Part shown: piece after piece, positions 9,267 to 18,660 of the stretch
Layout: each line of letters opens with the position of its first letter
Numbering within the stretch: position 1 is the stretch's first letter
Origin: a virus
Lineage: Duplodnaviria > Caudoviricetes
Strand: one strand, 5' to 3'
Virus record (IMG/VR): IMGVR_UViG_3300013382_000008
Location: 1-64,000 of that record
DNA length: 64,000 nucleotides
Made by a program: the position numbers and the translations under genes
Notes under the pieces: model-generated
What the model was told of the DNA's origin: nothing
What the model saw: only the letters and a program-made list of their open reading frames with translations
Database searches by the model: none

Positions 9267-12200
9267 ATGCAAAAACAGGCATTCTTTAAAACCAAGGGCA
9301 TGAAGAGAGATTTATCAGCTTCTGCATTTACCTCTGAATATTCTTATGAGAATAAGAATATCAGGATAATGTCAACTGATGAGAATACTCTGTTTAGTTT
9401 GATAAATGAAAAAGGTAATAAGAAAACAAGTATAATAGGAATAGGAGACCATATTGAAGGCACCCCTATTGGGCAGGCTTTAATTAATGATGAGCTTATT
9501 CTTTTTACTGTTGGGGATACTACAACCTCAGAGGGGTCTACTAAAGAAGATAAAATATATAAAATATGGTTTAATAATGGAGTATTAACAGGTAAACAAT
9601 TATTTAGTGGCAATCTTAATTTTGATTATAAGCATCCTATAGAAACTATCTCATTCTATGAAAATACTGAGATTAGAAAAGTGTATTGGACTGATGGTTT
9701 AAACCAACCAAGAGTAATAAATATAGCTGCTGCATCTGATGTGATGAGTAAATGGAATACTGACTCATTTAATTTTGTAAGAACACTTAAACTGAATGAG
9801 GAAATAACCATTGAAAGAAATATTGTAACTAATGGTAGTTTTGCTCCTGGAGTTGTACAGTATGCCTTTACTTACTTTGATAAGTATGGTCAGGAAAGTA
9901 ATATATTCTATACTTCACCTCTTTACTACATCTCTTATAATAATAAAGGAGCTAGTCCTGAAGATAAAGTAAGTAATAGTTTTAACATTGAGATTACTAA
10001 TGTTAATAAGAATTTTGACTATATTAGAGTCTATTCAATACATAGGACAAGCATAAATGCTACTCCAGATGTTAGAAGAGTTGTAGATTTAGCTCCTCCT
10101 ACAGGAGCATCCAATTATAATATTGCAGGAAATGTAGGATATGATGTAAATTTACCAGCTAATAAAATATCCTTAATAAGAAGAAGTGATTGGATAGAAG
10201 AAAATACTTTGGATAAATATACTCCAAGTACTGATACTTCAAATTATAAAAGTTGGAACATAGATACTACTAAATATTCAAGGATAGTATTTTATGACTC
10301 AAGAAATTACTTAACCTTCCCTACAGGCAAAACTGCTACCATTACTATAATTAGTGGTAATAGAACATCCATTCAATTAAGTGATAGCAGTAATATGGTG
10401 CTGACTGACTATGTGAATGTAAAGGTAGAATATACTGACAATGGTCAATCTGGGGATTCAATAGACCCTACTGAGTTATTATATATAGGAGGAGAGGAAG
10501 TAGTATTTGGTACAATGACTCAAAAGGATAATACTTTATTCCTTGGGGATATTAAGACAAATAGAAAAACTCTTGATTCCACTATAAGAAAATATTTCAA
10601 GGGGCAAGACATTGAATTTGTCATTAGTAGTAAAAGTTTAGCATCTCCAAAAGTTGAGGGTTATTATCCTTATAATAATCAGCTTAAGTTAAATTCTTAT
10701 CAGTTCAAGACATTCAAGTACCTTGAGTATTATAGATTTGGTATTCAAGCACAACATTATACAGGCAAATGGTCAGAACCTATATGGATTAATGATGTGA
10801 AAAATACTGAACATGTTGATACTACTTTCTATAATGATAGTGAGATAGGATTACCTGTAGCTGAATTTACATTGAATGATACTACTATTATCAGTAGACT
10901 TCTTGATAATGGTTATGTTAGAATAAGACCTGTTGTAGTATATCCTACTATCAATGATAGGGAAGCTATATGTCAGGGAATACTATGTCCTACTGTGTAT
11001 AATGTATCAGATAGATATGGCAACTCTCCTTTTGTACAGTCATCTTGGTTTACAAGACCTAATGCTCCATTTGATGTATATAAAGCTTCTCATTATTCTC
11101 AGGATAGTCAAGGTAATTATGGAGGAGATTGGACACCTTTAGGGCAATTCCTTGGAAATCCATCAGTTTATTCAAGAGCAGGAGTTATGTCTAATAACAG
11201 GACTACAGTTACTTCAGGCTCTACTCAATATGATATTGATATAGTTAACAAGGGAGCTTGGGCAGAGTTTAGAAATAATTATCCAATCCCAGGAAATGAC
11301 AAGAGAAATGCAGAAATTCAATGTATTTGGGACCCTCCAACTACTCCCTATGTAAGTAATACTGCATCTGAATCAGATATTACAAATTGGGTATCCAATA
11401 ATGCAGAGAACTATTATATTGACCAATCAATACTGACTTTCCATTCACCTGACATTGAGTTTGACAATGATGTAAGAAGCATTGATACATCAGGTTTGAA
11501 GTTGAGGATAGTAGGAATAGTTCCACTGACTGCATTTGCCTCAGATATTGATATTCAAACTTCCACTCCTGTTAATAACTTCTATGATAGTTCAGAGTTA
11601 CCTGCTGGTTTTTACAAAGAGCCTATAGGGGTAAAAAACGATTTTAGCCAAAGTCAATTGTATAATCATTTAGGGGATTCACACTTTGGATGGAAAGGTT
11701 TGATTTCTGGGGCATTCTGGTTTGATGAATTAACTGCATATAAGAAAGATACAGGTAATACCAATCACTATACTACTGGGTTTGTGGTATATCCTTGGCA
11801 CAGAAATGGCTCACTTAATAATACTAAGTTTGCTACTGATGGATATAGGTCAGCTATGCTTGACAAGAAAAAGATGTCCAATATGAGATATTCCTATAAG
11901 TCATTTTATTTGGATTCAAATAACATATGGAATGCTTATATTAGTGGGGATACTACAAAAACTGGTATATCAGGAGTTTCAGTATTTGACTCTAATGAAA
12001 TAACTCTTGTCAAGTTACCTGCACAAGAGAACTCTGGACTTACAGACATTACTTACTATGGTAATGTGGATAAGCTTTTAACAATCTCAAGAATAGGAGA
12101 TAAGAAAGATGGTTATCCTATTATGATTACTGGAGTTCAAAGTGCTGATAAATATGCCCATAGTTTATTTAGTGGTAATTATACACAGATAGATAGTAGA

Positions 12201-13991
12201 TTTACTGAACAAACCACAGGTACTGACCCTGTTAGGATAAAGTATAAATCTACTCCTCATGCAATTGTAGCCTTAAACTATACTAAATACCATAGACAAA
12301 GAGTACTCCCTGCAATATATGATAGTGACCCTTCATCTGATAACTCCTCAACTTGGATAGTCAATTCAGGGGAAATAGCTTTTCCTACAGGAAAGAAATT
12401 ATATTGGGATAAAGATAACTCTATAGTAGGAGTATCACAGGATGTGCTTAATATTAATGAGGGTCCTATAAGTTCCATAGGAGGAATACAACATGGCTGG
12501 CTATGGTTAGGGGAATTGTACAATGATAATGTACAGAATAGATTTGGAGGACAGACAGAAGAAGCTTTTGAGAATAACACATGGCTGCCTTGTGGAGACC
12601 CTATTTCTCTTGTAGATGATAATGGAGTCAAGAGTAGTGTTATCATTAGATGGGAGGAAGGTGATACCTATTATCAAAGATATGACCATATAAAGACTTA
12701 TCCTTATACCCTTGAAGACCAAAATGCAGTAACTGACATTGTATCTTTCATGTGTGAGACAAGGGTGAACATTGATGGTAGATATGATAGAAATAGAGGT
12801 CAGACAAGCAACTTAGCAATTACTCCTGAGAACTTTAATTTAATTAATGATGTATATTCACAGCTTAACAACTTCTTCAACTATAGAACAATCAATCCAA
12901 ACAAATTGAACTTGGATAATTTTCATAATTCAATTACTTGGACTAAGACAAAAACTGCTGGAGAGTTGGTAGATACTTGGACTAATATTACCCTTGCTTC
13001 TACTCTTGACCTTGATGGGGATAAGGGTACTGTAAGGGCACTGAGAAGATTTAATAATAATATACTTGCTTTTCAAGACAGGGGTATCAGTCAGATTCTA
13101 TATAATGAGAATATGCAGATTTCTTCTACCGAAGGAGTCCCAATTGAAATTGCAAATAGTGGAAAAGTTAATGGTAAGAGATATTTAGCAGATAAAATAG
13201 GATGTACTAATAAATGGTCTATATGTGAAACACCTAATGGTATTTATTTTATAGATGATATTACAAAAGGTATATTCTTATTCAATGGTCAACTAGGTAA
13301 TTTATCAGATAAATTAGGTTTCCATTCTTGGATTAACAAAGCCTCTGATAGAATAGATATATGGAACCCAGTAGACTTTGGTGGATTTGTTACTTACTAT
13401 GATAAGGTTAATGGGGATGTATTCTTTATCAGCAAAGATGAGTGTTTGGCATTTTCTGAACCATTAGGCCAGTTCAGCTCATTCTATAGCTATGAAAAGA
13501 TGCCTTACTTTACTAACATTGAAGACAGGGGGATTGCCTTTAATGTTGAAGGTACAGACACACTATACAGACCATGGCTGCATAATGAGGGTGACTATAA
13601 TATGTTCTTTGGAGTATATCAGCCATTCTACACTACTGTAATAGCCAATCCAGATATGCCTGTAGATAAGATATTCAATAACCTTGAGTTTAGGTCAGAT
13701 AGCTGGGATAAGAACGGTAATCTGCTTAATACAACATTTGATACCCTGACTGCATGGAATGAGTATCAGCAAGGTAGTTCTACTCTAAATAATATTTTAG
13801 GGAAGCCTTCTAACCTAAAAAGAAAGTTTAGGATATGGAGAGCTAATATACCAAGAGCTAATATATCTGGCTCTAATAAGAAAGGCAGAGATAGAATGAG
13901 AAATCCTTGGTTATATATCAAGCTGTCCATGAAAAAAGAGAATACAAATAAGACTATATTACATGATATGATTGTACATTACTTTGAATAA
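9267..13991 (+). CDS. Muzzle / tail stabilisation protein (P22 gp10-like beta-propeller)
   Basis: 1574-aa beta-rich protein. N-terminal KGMKRD...ENKNIRI, VYWTDGLNQPRVINI, EGDTYYQRYD, C-terminal KRKFRIWRANIPR...RMRNPW. Confidence 0.8.
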   Translation: MQKQAFFKTKGMKRDLSASAFTSEYSYENKNIRIMSTDENTLFSLINEKGNKKTSIIGIGDHIEGTPIGQALINDELILFTVGDTTTSEGSTKEDKIYKIWFNNGVLTGKQLFSGNLNFDYKHPIETISFYENTEIRKVYWTDGLNQPRVINIAAASDVMSKWNTDSFNFVRTLKLNEEITIERNIVTNGSFAPGVVQYAFTYFDKYGQESNIFYTSPLYYISYNNKGASPEDKVSNSFNIEITNVNKNFDYIRVYSIHRTSINATPDVRRVVDLAPPTGASNYNIAGNVGYDVNLPANKISLIRRSDWIEENTLDKYTPSTDTSNYKSWNIDTTKYSRIVFYDSRNYLTFPTGKTATITIISGNRTSIQLSDSSNMVLTDYVNVKVEYTDNGQSGDSIDPTELLYIGGEEVVFGTMTQKDNTLFLGDIKTNRKTLDSTIRKYFKGQDIEFVISSKSLASPKVEGYYPYNNQLKLNSYQFKTFKYLEYYRFGIQAQHYTGKWSEPIWINDVKNTEHVDTTFYNDSEIGLPVAEFTLNDTTIISRLLDNGYVRIRPVVVYPTINDREAICQGILCPTVYNVSDRYGNSPFVQSSWFTRPNAPFDVYKASHYSQDSQGNYGGDWTPLGQFLGNPSVYSRAGVMSNNRTTVTSGSTQYDIDIVNKGAWAEFRNNYPIPGNDKRNAEIQCIWDPPTTPYVSNTASESDITNWVSNNAENYYIDQSILTFHSPDIEFDNDVRSIDTSGLKLRIVGIVPLTAFASDIDIQTSTPVNNFYDSSELPAGFYKEPIGVKNDFSQSQLYNHLGDSHFGWKGLISGAFWFDELTAYKKDTGNTNHYTTGFVVYPWHRNGSLNNTKFATDGYRSAMLDKKKMSNMRYSYKSFYLDSNNIWNAYISGDTTKTGISGVSVFDSNEITLVKLPAQENSGLTDITYYGNVDKLLTISRIGDKKDGYPIMITGVQSADKYAHSLFSGNYTQIDSRFTEQTTGTDPVRIKYKSTPHAIVALNYTKYHRQRVLPAIYDSDPSSDNSSTWIVNSGEIAFPTGKKLYWDKDNSIVGVSQDVLNINEGPISSIGGIQHGWLWLGELYNDNVQNRFGGQTEEAFENNTWLPCGDPISLVDDNGVKSSVIIRWEEGDTYYQRYDHIKTYPYTLEDQNAVTDIVSFMCETRVNIDGRYDRNRGQTSNLAITPENFNLINDVYSQLNNFFNYRTINPNKLNLDNFHNSITWTKTKTAGELVDTWTNITLASTLDLDGDKGTVRALRRFNNNILAFQDRGISQILYNENMQISSTEGVPIEIANSGKVNGKRYLADKIGCTNKWSICETPNGIYFIDDITKGIFLFNGQLGNLSDKLGFHSWINKASDRIDIWNPVDFGGFVTYYDKVNGDVFFISKDECLAFSEPLGQFSSFYSYEKMPYFTNIEDRGIAFNVEGTDTLYRPWLHNEGDYNMFFGVYQPFYTTVIANPDMPVDKIFNNLEFRSDSWDKNGNLLNTTFDTLTAWNEYQQGSSTLNNILGKPSNLKRKFRIWRANIPRANISGSNKKGRDRMRNPWLYIKLSMKKENTNKTILHDMIVHYFE

Positions 13992-13997
13992 TAATAT

Positions 13998-14037
13998 AGG
14001 GAAGGTAAGTTTATTACTTATCTTCCCTTTAATTTTT
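13998..14037 (+). terminator. Intrinsic terminator after muzzle gene
   Basis: AGGGAAGGTAAGT ... ACTTATCTTCCCT then TTAATTTTT. Confidence 0.8.
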
Positions 14038-14047
14038 GGATAATATC

Positions 14048-14081
14048 CTTGTATAATTCAAATACTTTAATTATCTTTGCA
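14048..14081 (+). promoter_or_regulatory. Bacteroidota sigma-A type promoter for cargo genes
   Basis: CTTGTATA-N16-TATCTTTGCA, 16 nt before the ATG at 14098. Confidence 0.8.
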
Positions 14082-14097
14082 AATAAATTAGTATAAT

Positions 14098-16881
14098 ATG
14101 GTTAAAAGAAAAGTTATTAGAAAATCTAACAGACCATTTACATATAACCCACATTATTATAGTTGGGGAGGTGATTTTACTAAATCTATTGGTGGTAATC
14201 CTTTTAAAGGAGCATTTAGTGGAACTGCTGTTGGTAATATAGCTAAGGGAGCTGCTGGAGCCTTGGGTAGTGCAGTAGGTAGTATTGCTGGAGGTGCTAT
14301 TGGTGGGGGTCTTAGCTCAGGTGCAGGCAATGCAATAAGTAGTGTTGGTAGCACTATAGGAGGTTTGGTAGGTACAGTCAATCCTGTATTAGGAGGTATT
14401 GTATCTGCTGGTACTGGTATTTTAGGAGGTTTGACAAACAGAATGTTTGGTTCTAAATTAAACAATGAGAAGATTGCTGAGATAGAAAGTAATAATAAAG
14501 CTTTAAACAATGTCTTGGTGGATAACAGTAGTTTAGATTCCATAGAAAATCAATGGGCTAACCAAGATTTTGGTACAGATTTCTCCAAGTCAGATATTGG
14601 TAGTGATGGTTGGTTTAGTAACAAAGCCAAGAATAAATACAAGAAATTAAAAAAGCAGCAGGATATAGCAAGGAGTAGAGCATTAACTTCTTATGATAAT
14701 GCTGCTGATGCAGCAGATACTCAATCTGACCTTAATGCTATAGCTAACTATGCTGCATTTGGAGGCTTATTAGATACATTTAATAATTATGGTGATGGGG
14801 CCATAGGTTATGAATTAAATAAAGAAAACTTAGGCATCAAAGCTCTTAATGCTCTAAGTAAAAATAAAATATCCTCGTTGCCTAACTATGATATTAACAC
14901 TTTTGCTGATGGAGGTAATATACATATTAAACCATCAAAGAAGGGTACTTTTACAGCAGCCGCTAAAAAGCATGGCAAATCTGTACAAGCATTTGCTTCT
15001 CAAGTATTGGCAAATAAGGAAAATTACTCCCCTGCTATGGTAAAGAAAGCTAATTTTGCAAGGAATGCGGCCAAATGGCATAGCTTTGGAGGAGACTTAA
15101 ATACCAATGGTGCTGACTTTAGCAATGGACAGGTAATTATAGGTAATGGTGGAACCCATGAAGATAATATTTATGAGGGAGTACCTATGGGTATGGATGC
15201 TGAGGGAACTCCTAATCTTGTAGAGCAGGGAGAAGTTATATTCAATGACTATGTATTTAGCAATAGATTATTTGCTGATAAAAAGCTATTGGACAGTGTA
15301 AATTTACCTAAGTCTTATGATGGGTATTCATTTGCTGCAATAGCAGAGAAACTTGGAAAGGAGTCTAAGGAAAGACCTATTGACCCAATAAGCAAAAGAG
15401 GCTTGTTAAATTCTATGTCAAAGTTACAGCAAGCACAGGAAATAGTAAGAGGACAACAGCAAGAGAATTCAAATAATAATAAATATGCTACAGGTGGTTA
15501 TGCCCCATCTGATAATATAAAGAATAAGATTATTGATTGGGAAGGTTCTTCAATGAAAACTAATAGAAGCTTTGAGGATGAGGCAAGGGATTTCAATAGA
15601 TATTTATCTCCTGAGTTACAGAGTAAATTAAACCCTAATCAATTGGATGCTTTATATTCTTATGGTTATAATGTAGGTATGGGAAGATTGAGAGACAGAG
15701 TATTGCCTACACTTACTGCATATACTCAAGGTAATGCTACTCTTCAAGATGTACAAAACTCCATGTGGGCATCTAAGGATAATAAGTATAGAGGGCTTAT
15801 GAATAGAAGACAATATGAAAGAAATTTATTTGGTACTCCTATTAGTAACAATACTATAGATACACTTATAACTACTCCTGATAATACTACAGGTAATCTT
15901 GGATTAAATAATGAATTAAAAGAATGGAGACAAGAGTTACAAAATGGTTATATACCTGGGGTAGATAGTAATGGCAAATGGGTAGAAGAACCTAAGTATA
16001 TGGCAAGGGCTGCTGCAAAAAGAGCTGGACATGATGTAGGAGAAGATTTAGATGCTTATAATGAGAACCCTGTAGAAAATCCTGTAAGTAAAGGCATATT
16101 TGATAATATTGATACTACATACCTTAGATATGCTCCTGTAGTAGGTGCTGCAATAGGTATAGGTCAGAACTTATTTAGTAGACCTGATTACTATACATCA
16201 AATGCTATACTTGAAGCAGCTAATCAATCAGGTGATTATATTCCTGTAGATTATGACCCAATAGGCAATTACTTACAATATAAGCCTCTTGATAGAAATT
16301 ATTATATGAGTAGACTCAATGCTCAAGCAGGTGCTACAAGAAGAGCTATTATGAATAGTACAAGTCCTTCAAGAAATGCATCATTGCTTGCAGCAGATTA
16401 TAATAATCAATTAGCAGCAGGTAATCTTGCAAGACAAGCAGAAGAGTATAACTTAGCTCAAAGACAAGCTGTTGAACAGTTTAATAGAGGCACTAATCAA
16501 GCTAATTCTGAAATGGGATTACAGGCAGCTATGGCTAACCAAAGGGCTCTTATGAATACAAGAAATGCAAGACTTAGTGGGATAGCACAAGCCATGGCAC
16601 TGAGAAATGATATTGATGCAAGAAGAGCTGCAAGTATGAGTGCAAACCTTACCAACTTCTTTAATTCCCTTGGGGATATAGGTAGGGAAGAATATAGTAA
16701 GAATATGGTTATGAGTAATCCAGCTTTATACTATTCTATTGACAATAAAGGTAATATTACCTATAAAAATGGATATGAAGACCTTAGTGAGGCAGAAAAG
16801 AAAGAAGTAAGAAATGCTGCCAATAAAACTAAGAAGAAAAGAAAAGCTAAGGGGGGTTATTTAACTATTAAGAAAAAGTAA
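14098..16881 (+). CDS. Cargo/ejection protein 1 (Gly-rich membrane segment, modular, contains a lysozyme-like domain)
   Basis: 927 aa. Gly/Ala-rich hydrophobic N-terminal stretch, NQLDALYSYGYNVG...GLMNRRQYERNLF muramidase signature, Gln/Ala-rich coiled coil. Follows the muzzle gene. Confidence 0.7.
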   Translation: MVKRKVIRKSNRPFTYNPHYYSWGGDFTKSIGGNPFKGAFSGTAVGNIAKGAAGALGSAVGSIAGGAIGGGLSSGAGNAISSVGSTIGGLVGTVNPVLGGIVSAGTGILGGLTNRMFGSKLNNEKIAEIESNNKALNNVLVDNSSLDSIENQWANQDFGTDFSKSDIGSDGWFSNKAKNKYKKLKKQQDIARSRALTSYDNAADAADTQSDLNAIANYAAFGGLLDTFNNYGDGAIGYELNKENLGIKALNALSKNKISSLPNYDINTFADGGNIHIKPSKKGTFTAAAKKHGKSVQAFASQVLANKENYSPAMVKKANFARNAAKWHSFGGDLNTNGADFSNGQVIIGNGGTHEDNIYEGVPMGMDAEGTPNLVEQGEVIFNDYVFSNRLFADKKLLDSVNLPKSYDGYSFAAIAEKLGKESKERPIDPISKRGLLNSMSKLQQAQEIVRGQQQENSNNNKYATGGYAPSDNIKNKIIDWEGSSMKTNRSFEDEARDFNRYLSPELQSKLNPNQLDALYSYGYNVGMGRLRDRVLPTLTAYTQGNATLQDVQNSMWASKDNKYRGLMNRRQYERNLFGTPISNNTIDTLITTPDNTTGNLGLNNELKEWRQELQNGYIPGVDSNGKWVEEPKYMARAAAKRAGHDVGEDLDAYNENPVENPVSKGIFDNIDTTYLRYAPVVGAAIGIGQNLFSRPDYYTSNAILEAANQSGDYIPVDYDPIGNYLQYKPLDRNYYMSRLNAQAGATRRAIMNSTSPSRNASLLAADYNNQLAAGNLARQAEEYNLAQRQAVEQFNRGTNQANSEMGLQAAMANQRALMNTRNARLSGIAQAMALRNDIDARRAASMSANLTNFFNSLGDIGREEYSKNMVMSNPALYYSIDNKGNITYKNGYEDLSEAEKKEVRNAANKTKKKRKAKGGYLTIKKK

Positions 16882-16882
16882 T

Positions 16883-18658
16883 ATGGCTGATTATAGTTTA
16901 GTTATTAATTCACAATTTAAACCTTTCACATATCAAGAGATGCTTCAACCTGTATTGATGGCTACACAAGCTCATCAAGAGTTGGAGAATCAATATGGAG
17001 AATTGTCTGCAAAGGCAAATATATGGGAAAATATGGCTAATGAGCAAACTGACCCTTATGCTTACAAGATGTATAAGACTTATGCTGATGACCTTGAGAG
17101 TCAAGCAGGTCAGTTGGCAAGAGAAGGACTTAATGCCTCAAGTAGGAATAATATGCTTAATATGAGGGCAAGATATAGTAAAGAAATAACTCCTATAGAA
17201 AATGCCTATAATATGAGGATGAAGCAAGCAGAACAACAACAGCAAGCATTATTACAGAATCCTACATTATTACTTAGTAGAAGGGCAAGTACTACAAGTC
17301 TTGATGATTATATAAGAAATCCTCAACTATCCTATGATAGTTATGCAGGTAATATGATTACTGCACAGGCTGCACAAGCTGCATCAGCACTAGCTAAAGA
17401 GATGCAGGAAAAGCCAAGGAAATGGAGAAATATCTTAGGTAATTCATATTATGAAACCATGATGCAAAAAGGTTTCAGTTCCCAAGCAGTGCTACAGGCT
17501 ATACAAGATAATCCAAAGGCTGCTCCTGAACTTACAAGAATAGTCAATGATGCAGTTAATTCAAGTGGAGTTAGAAATTGGGGAGACCAAAATACTATTG
17601 CAAGAGCTATTGATTATGCTAAACAAGGTCTATGGAGTGCAGTTGGTGAGACTCAATATCAAATTCTTGATAACTGGAGAGCTAAGATGGCTGCTCAGGA
17701 AGCTATGCAGATTAGAGCTGAGAGAAGAGCTGCTGCAAGACAAGCACAACAAGCACAACAAGCACAGCAGACACTAAATGGCTTAGCTATTAATCCTTTG
17801 AATATTTATAGTAGCAGGGAATTAAGTAATAAAGAAAAAGCATATAACAATGCACTAAAACAATATTCTAAGTACTTCTATAAAGATAGTCATGGTAGAA
17901 TGAGAATGACTTGGAAAGGGTGGCAAGAATATAACAGAAATGCTACTCCTAAAGTAACATTAGCAGGTTCTGGTAGTGGTACTGCAAGGCTTATGAATGC
18001 TGAAACACAAATGCAGAGTGGTAAGAGAAAATTTACTCCTTCTGCATTTAGACAGTTTATGGATAGTTTAGGAGCATCAAAGGCTACTCATGGAAAATGG
18101 CAACCAGGGAATCTTGGTAATGTTTGGAGTAAATATTTAGGTTCAGCAGAAAATACAGGTAGATATGATGCTACAAAAGCTACTGAATTTGATTATTCTA
18201 TAGCAAGTTCTCAACAAGGAGATATGAAAGATGCTATTATGACTGCTGGAAGAGGGGCCAAGCTTAGAGAAGTAGATTATGATAATAAGTCAAGAAAATT
18301 CAAGGATACAGGGGAAACCTTGGATATGTCAGACTTAAAGTCTGATAAATATAAAGTTACTGCTACAAGATTTAGTCCTTATGGTAATACAGTCATGATT
18401 CAGGATGATAAGGGTAATGTAAGAAGATATAGAATGCCATCAGGTATTAACACTTATAATGAGCAGAATAGAGATTATGCAATGCAACAAGCTATGCAAA
18501 TACAAGAGAAACTTAAAAATCCTAGACTTTCTACTGGAGATAGGTCAGCCTTGGAGAACTATTATTATCAAACATTAAATGATGCTTACTTATATCATTC
18601 TCAATTAGGGGCACAAAATAAAACAAAAGAACAAGAATTTAATCCTTATGGTTATTAA
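16883..18658 (+). CDS. Cargo/ejection protein 2
   Basis: 591-aa helical Gln/Ala-rich protein with no Cys seen. Lies between cargo 1 and the giant protein. Confidence 0.6.
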   Translation: MADYSLVINSQFKPFTYQEMLQPVLMATQAHQELENQYGELSAKANIWENMANEQTDPYAYKMYKTYADDLESQAGQLAREGLNASSRNNMLNMRARYSKEITPIENAYNMRMKQAEQQQQALLQNPTLLLSRRASTTSLDDYIRNPQLSYDSYAGNMITAQAAQAASALAKEMQEKPRKWRNILGNSYYETMMQKGFSSQAVLQAIQDNPKAAPELTRIVNDAVNSSGVRNWGDQNTIARAIDYAKQGLWSAVGETQYQILDNWRAKMAAQEAMQIRAERRAAARQAQQAQQAQQTLNGLAINPLNIYSSRELSNKEKAYNNALKQYSKYFYKDSHGRMRMTWKGWQEYNRNATPKVTLAGSGSGTARLMNAETQMQSGKRKFTPSAFRQFMDSLGASKATHGKWQPGNLGNVWSKYLGSAENTGRYDATKATEFDYSIASSQQGDMKDAIMTAGRGAKLREVDYDNKSRKFKDTGETLDMSDLKSDKYKVTATRFSPYGNTVMIQDDKGNVRRYRMPSGINTYNEQNRDYAMQQAMQIQEKLKNPRLSTGDRSALENYYYQTLNDAYLYHSQLGAQNKTKEQEFNPYGY

Positions 18659-18660
18659 TT

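Noticed and set aside
17735-17772. GCACAACAA repeat (AQQ x3)
   Set aside because: Short low-complexity coding repeat in a linker, with no sign of function.
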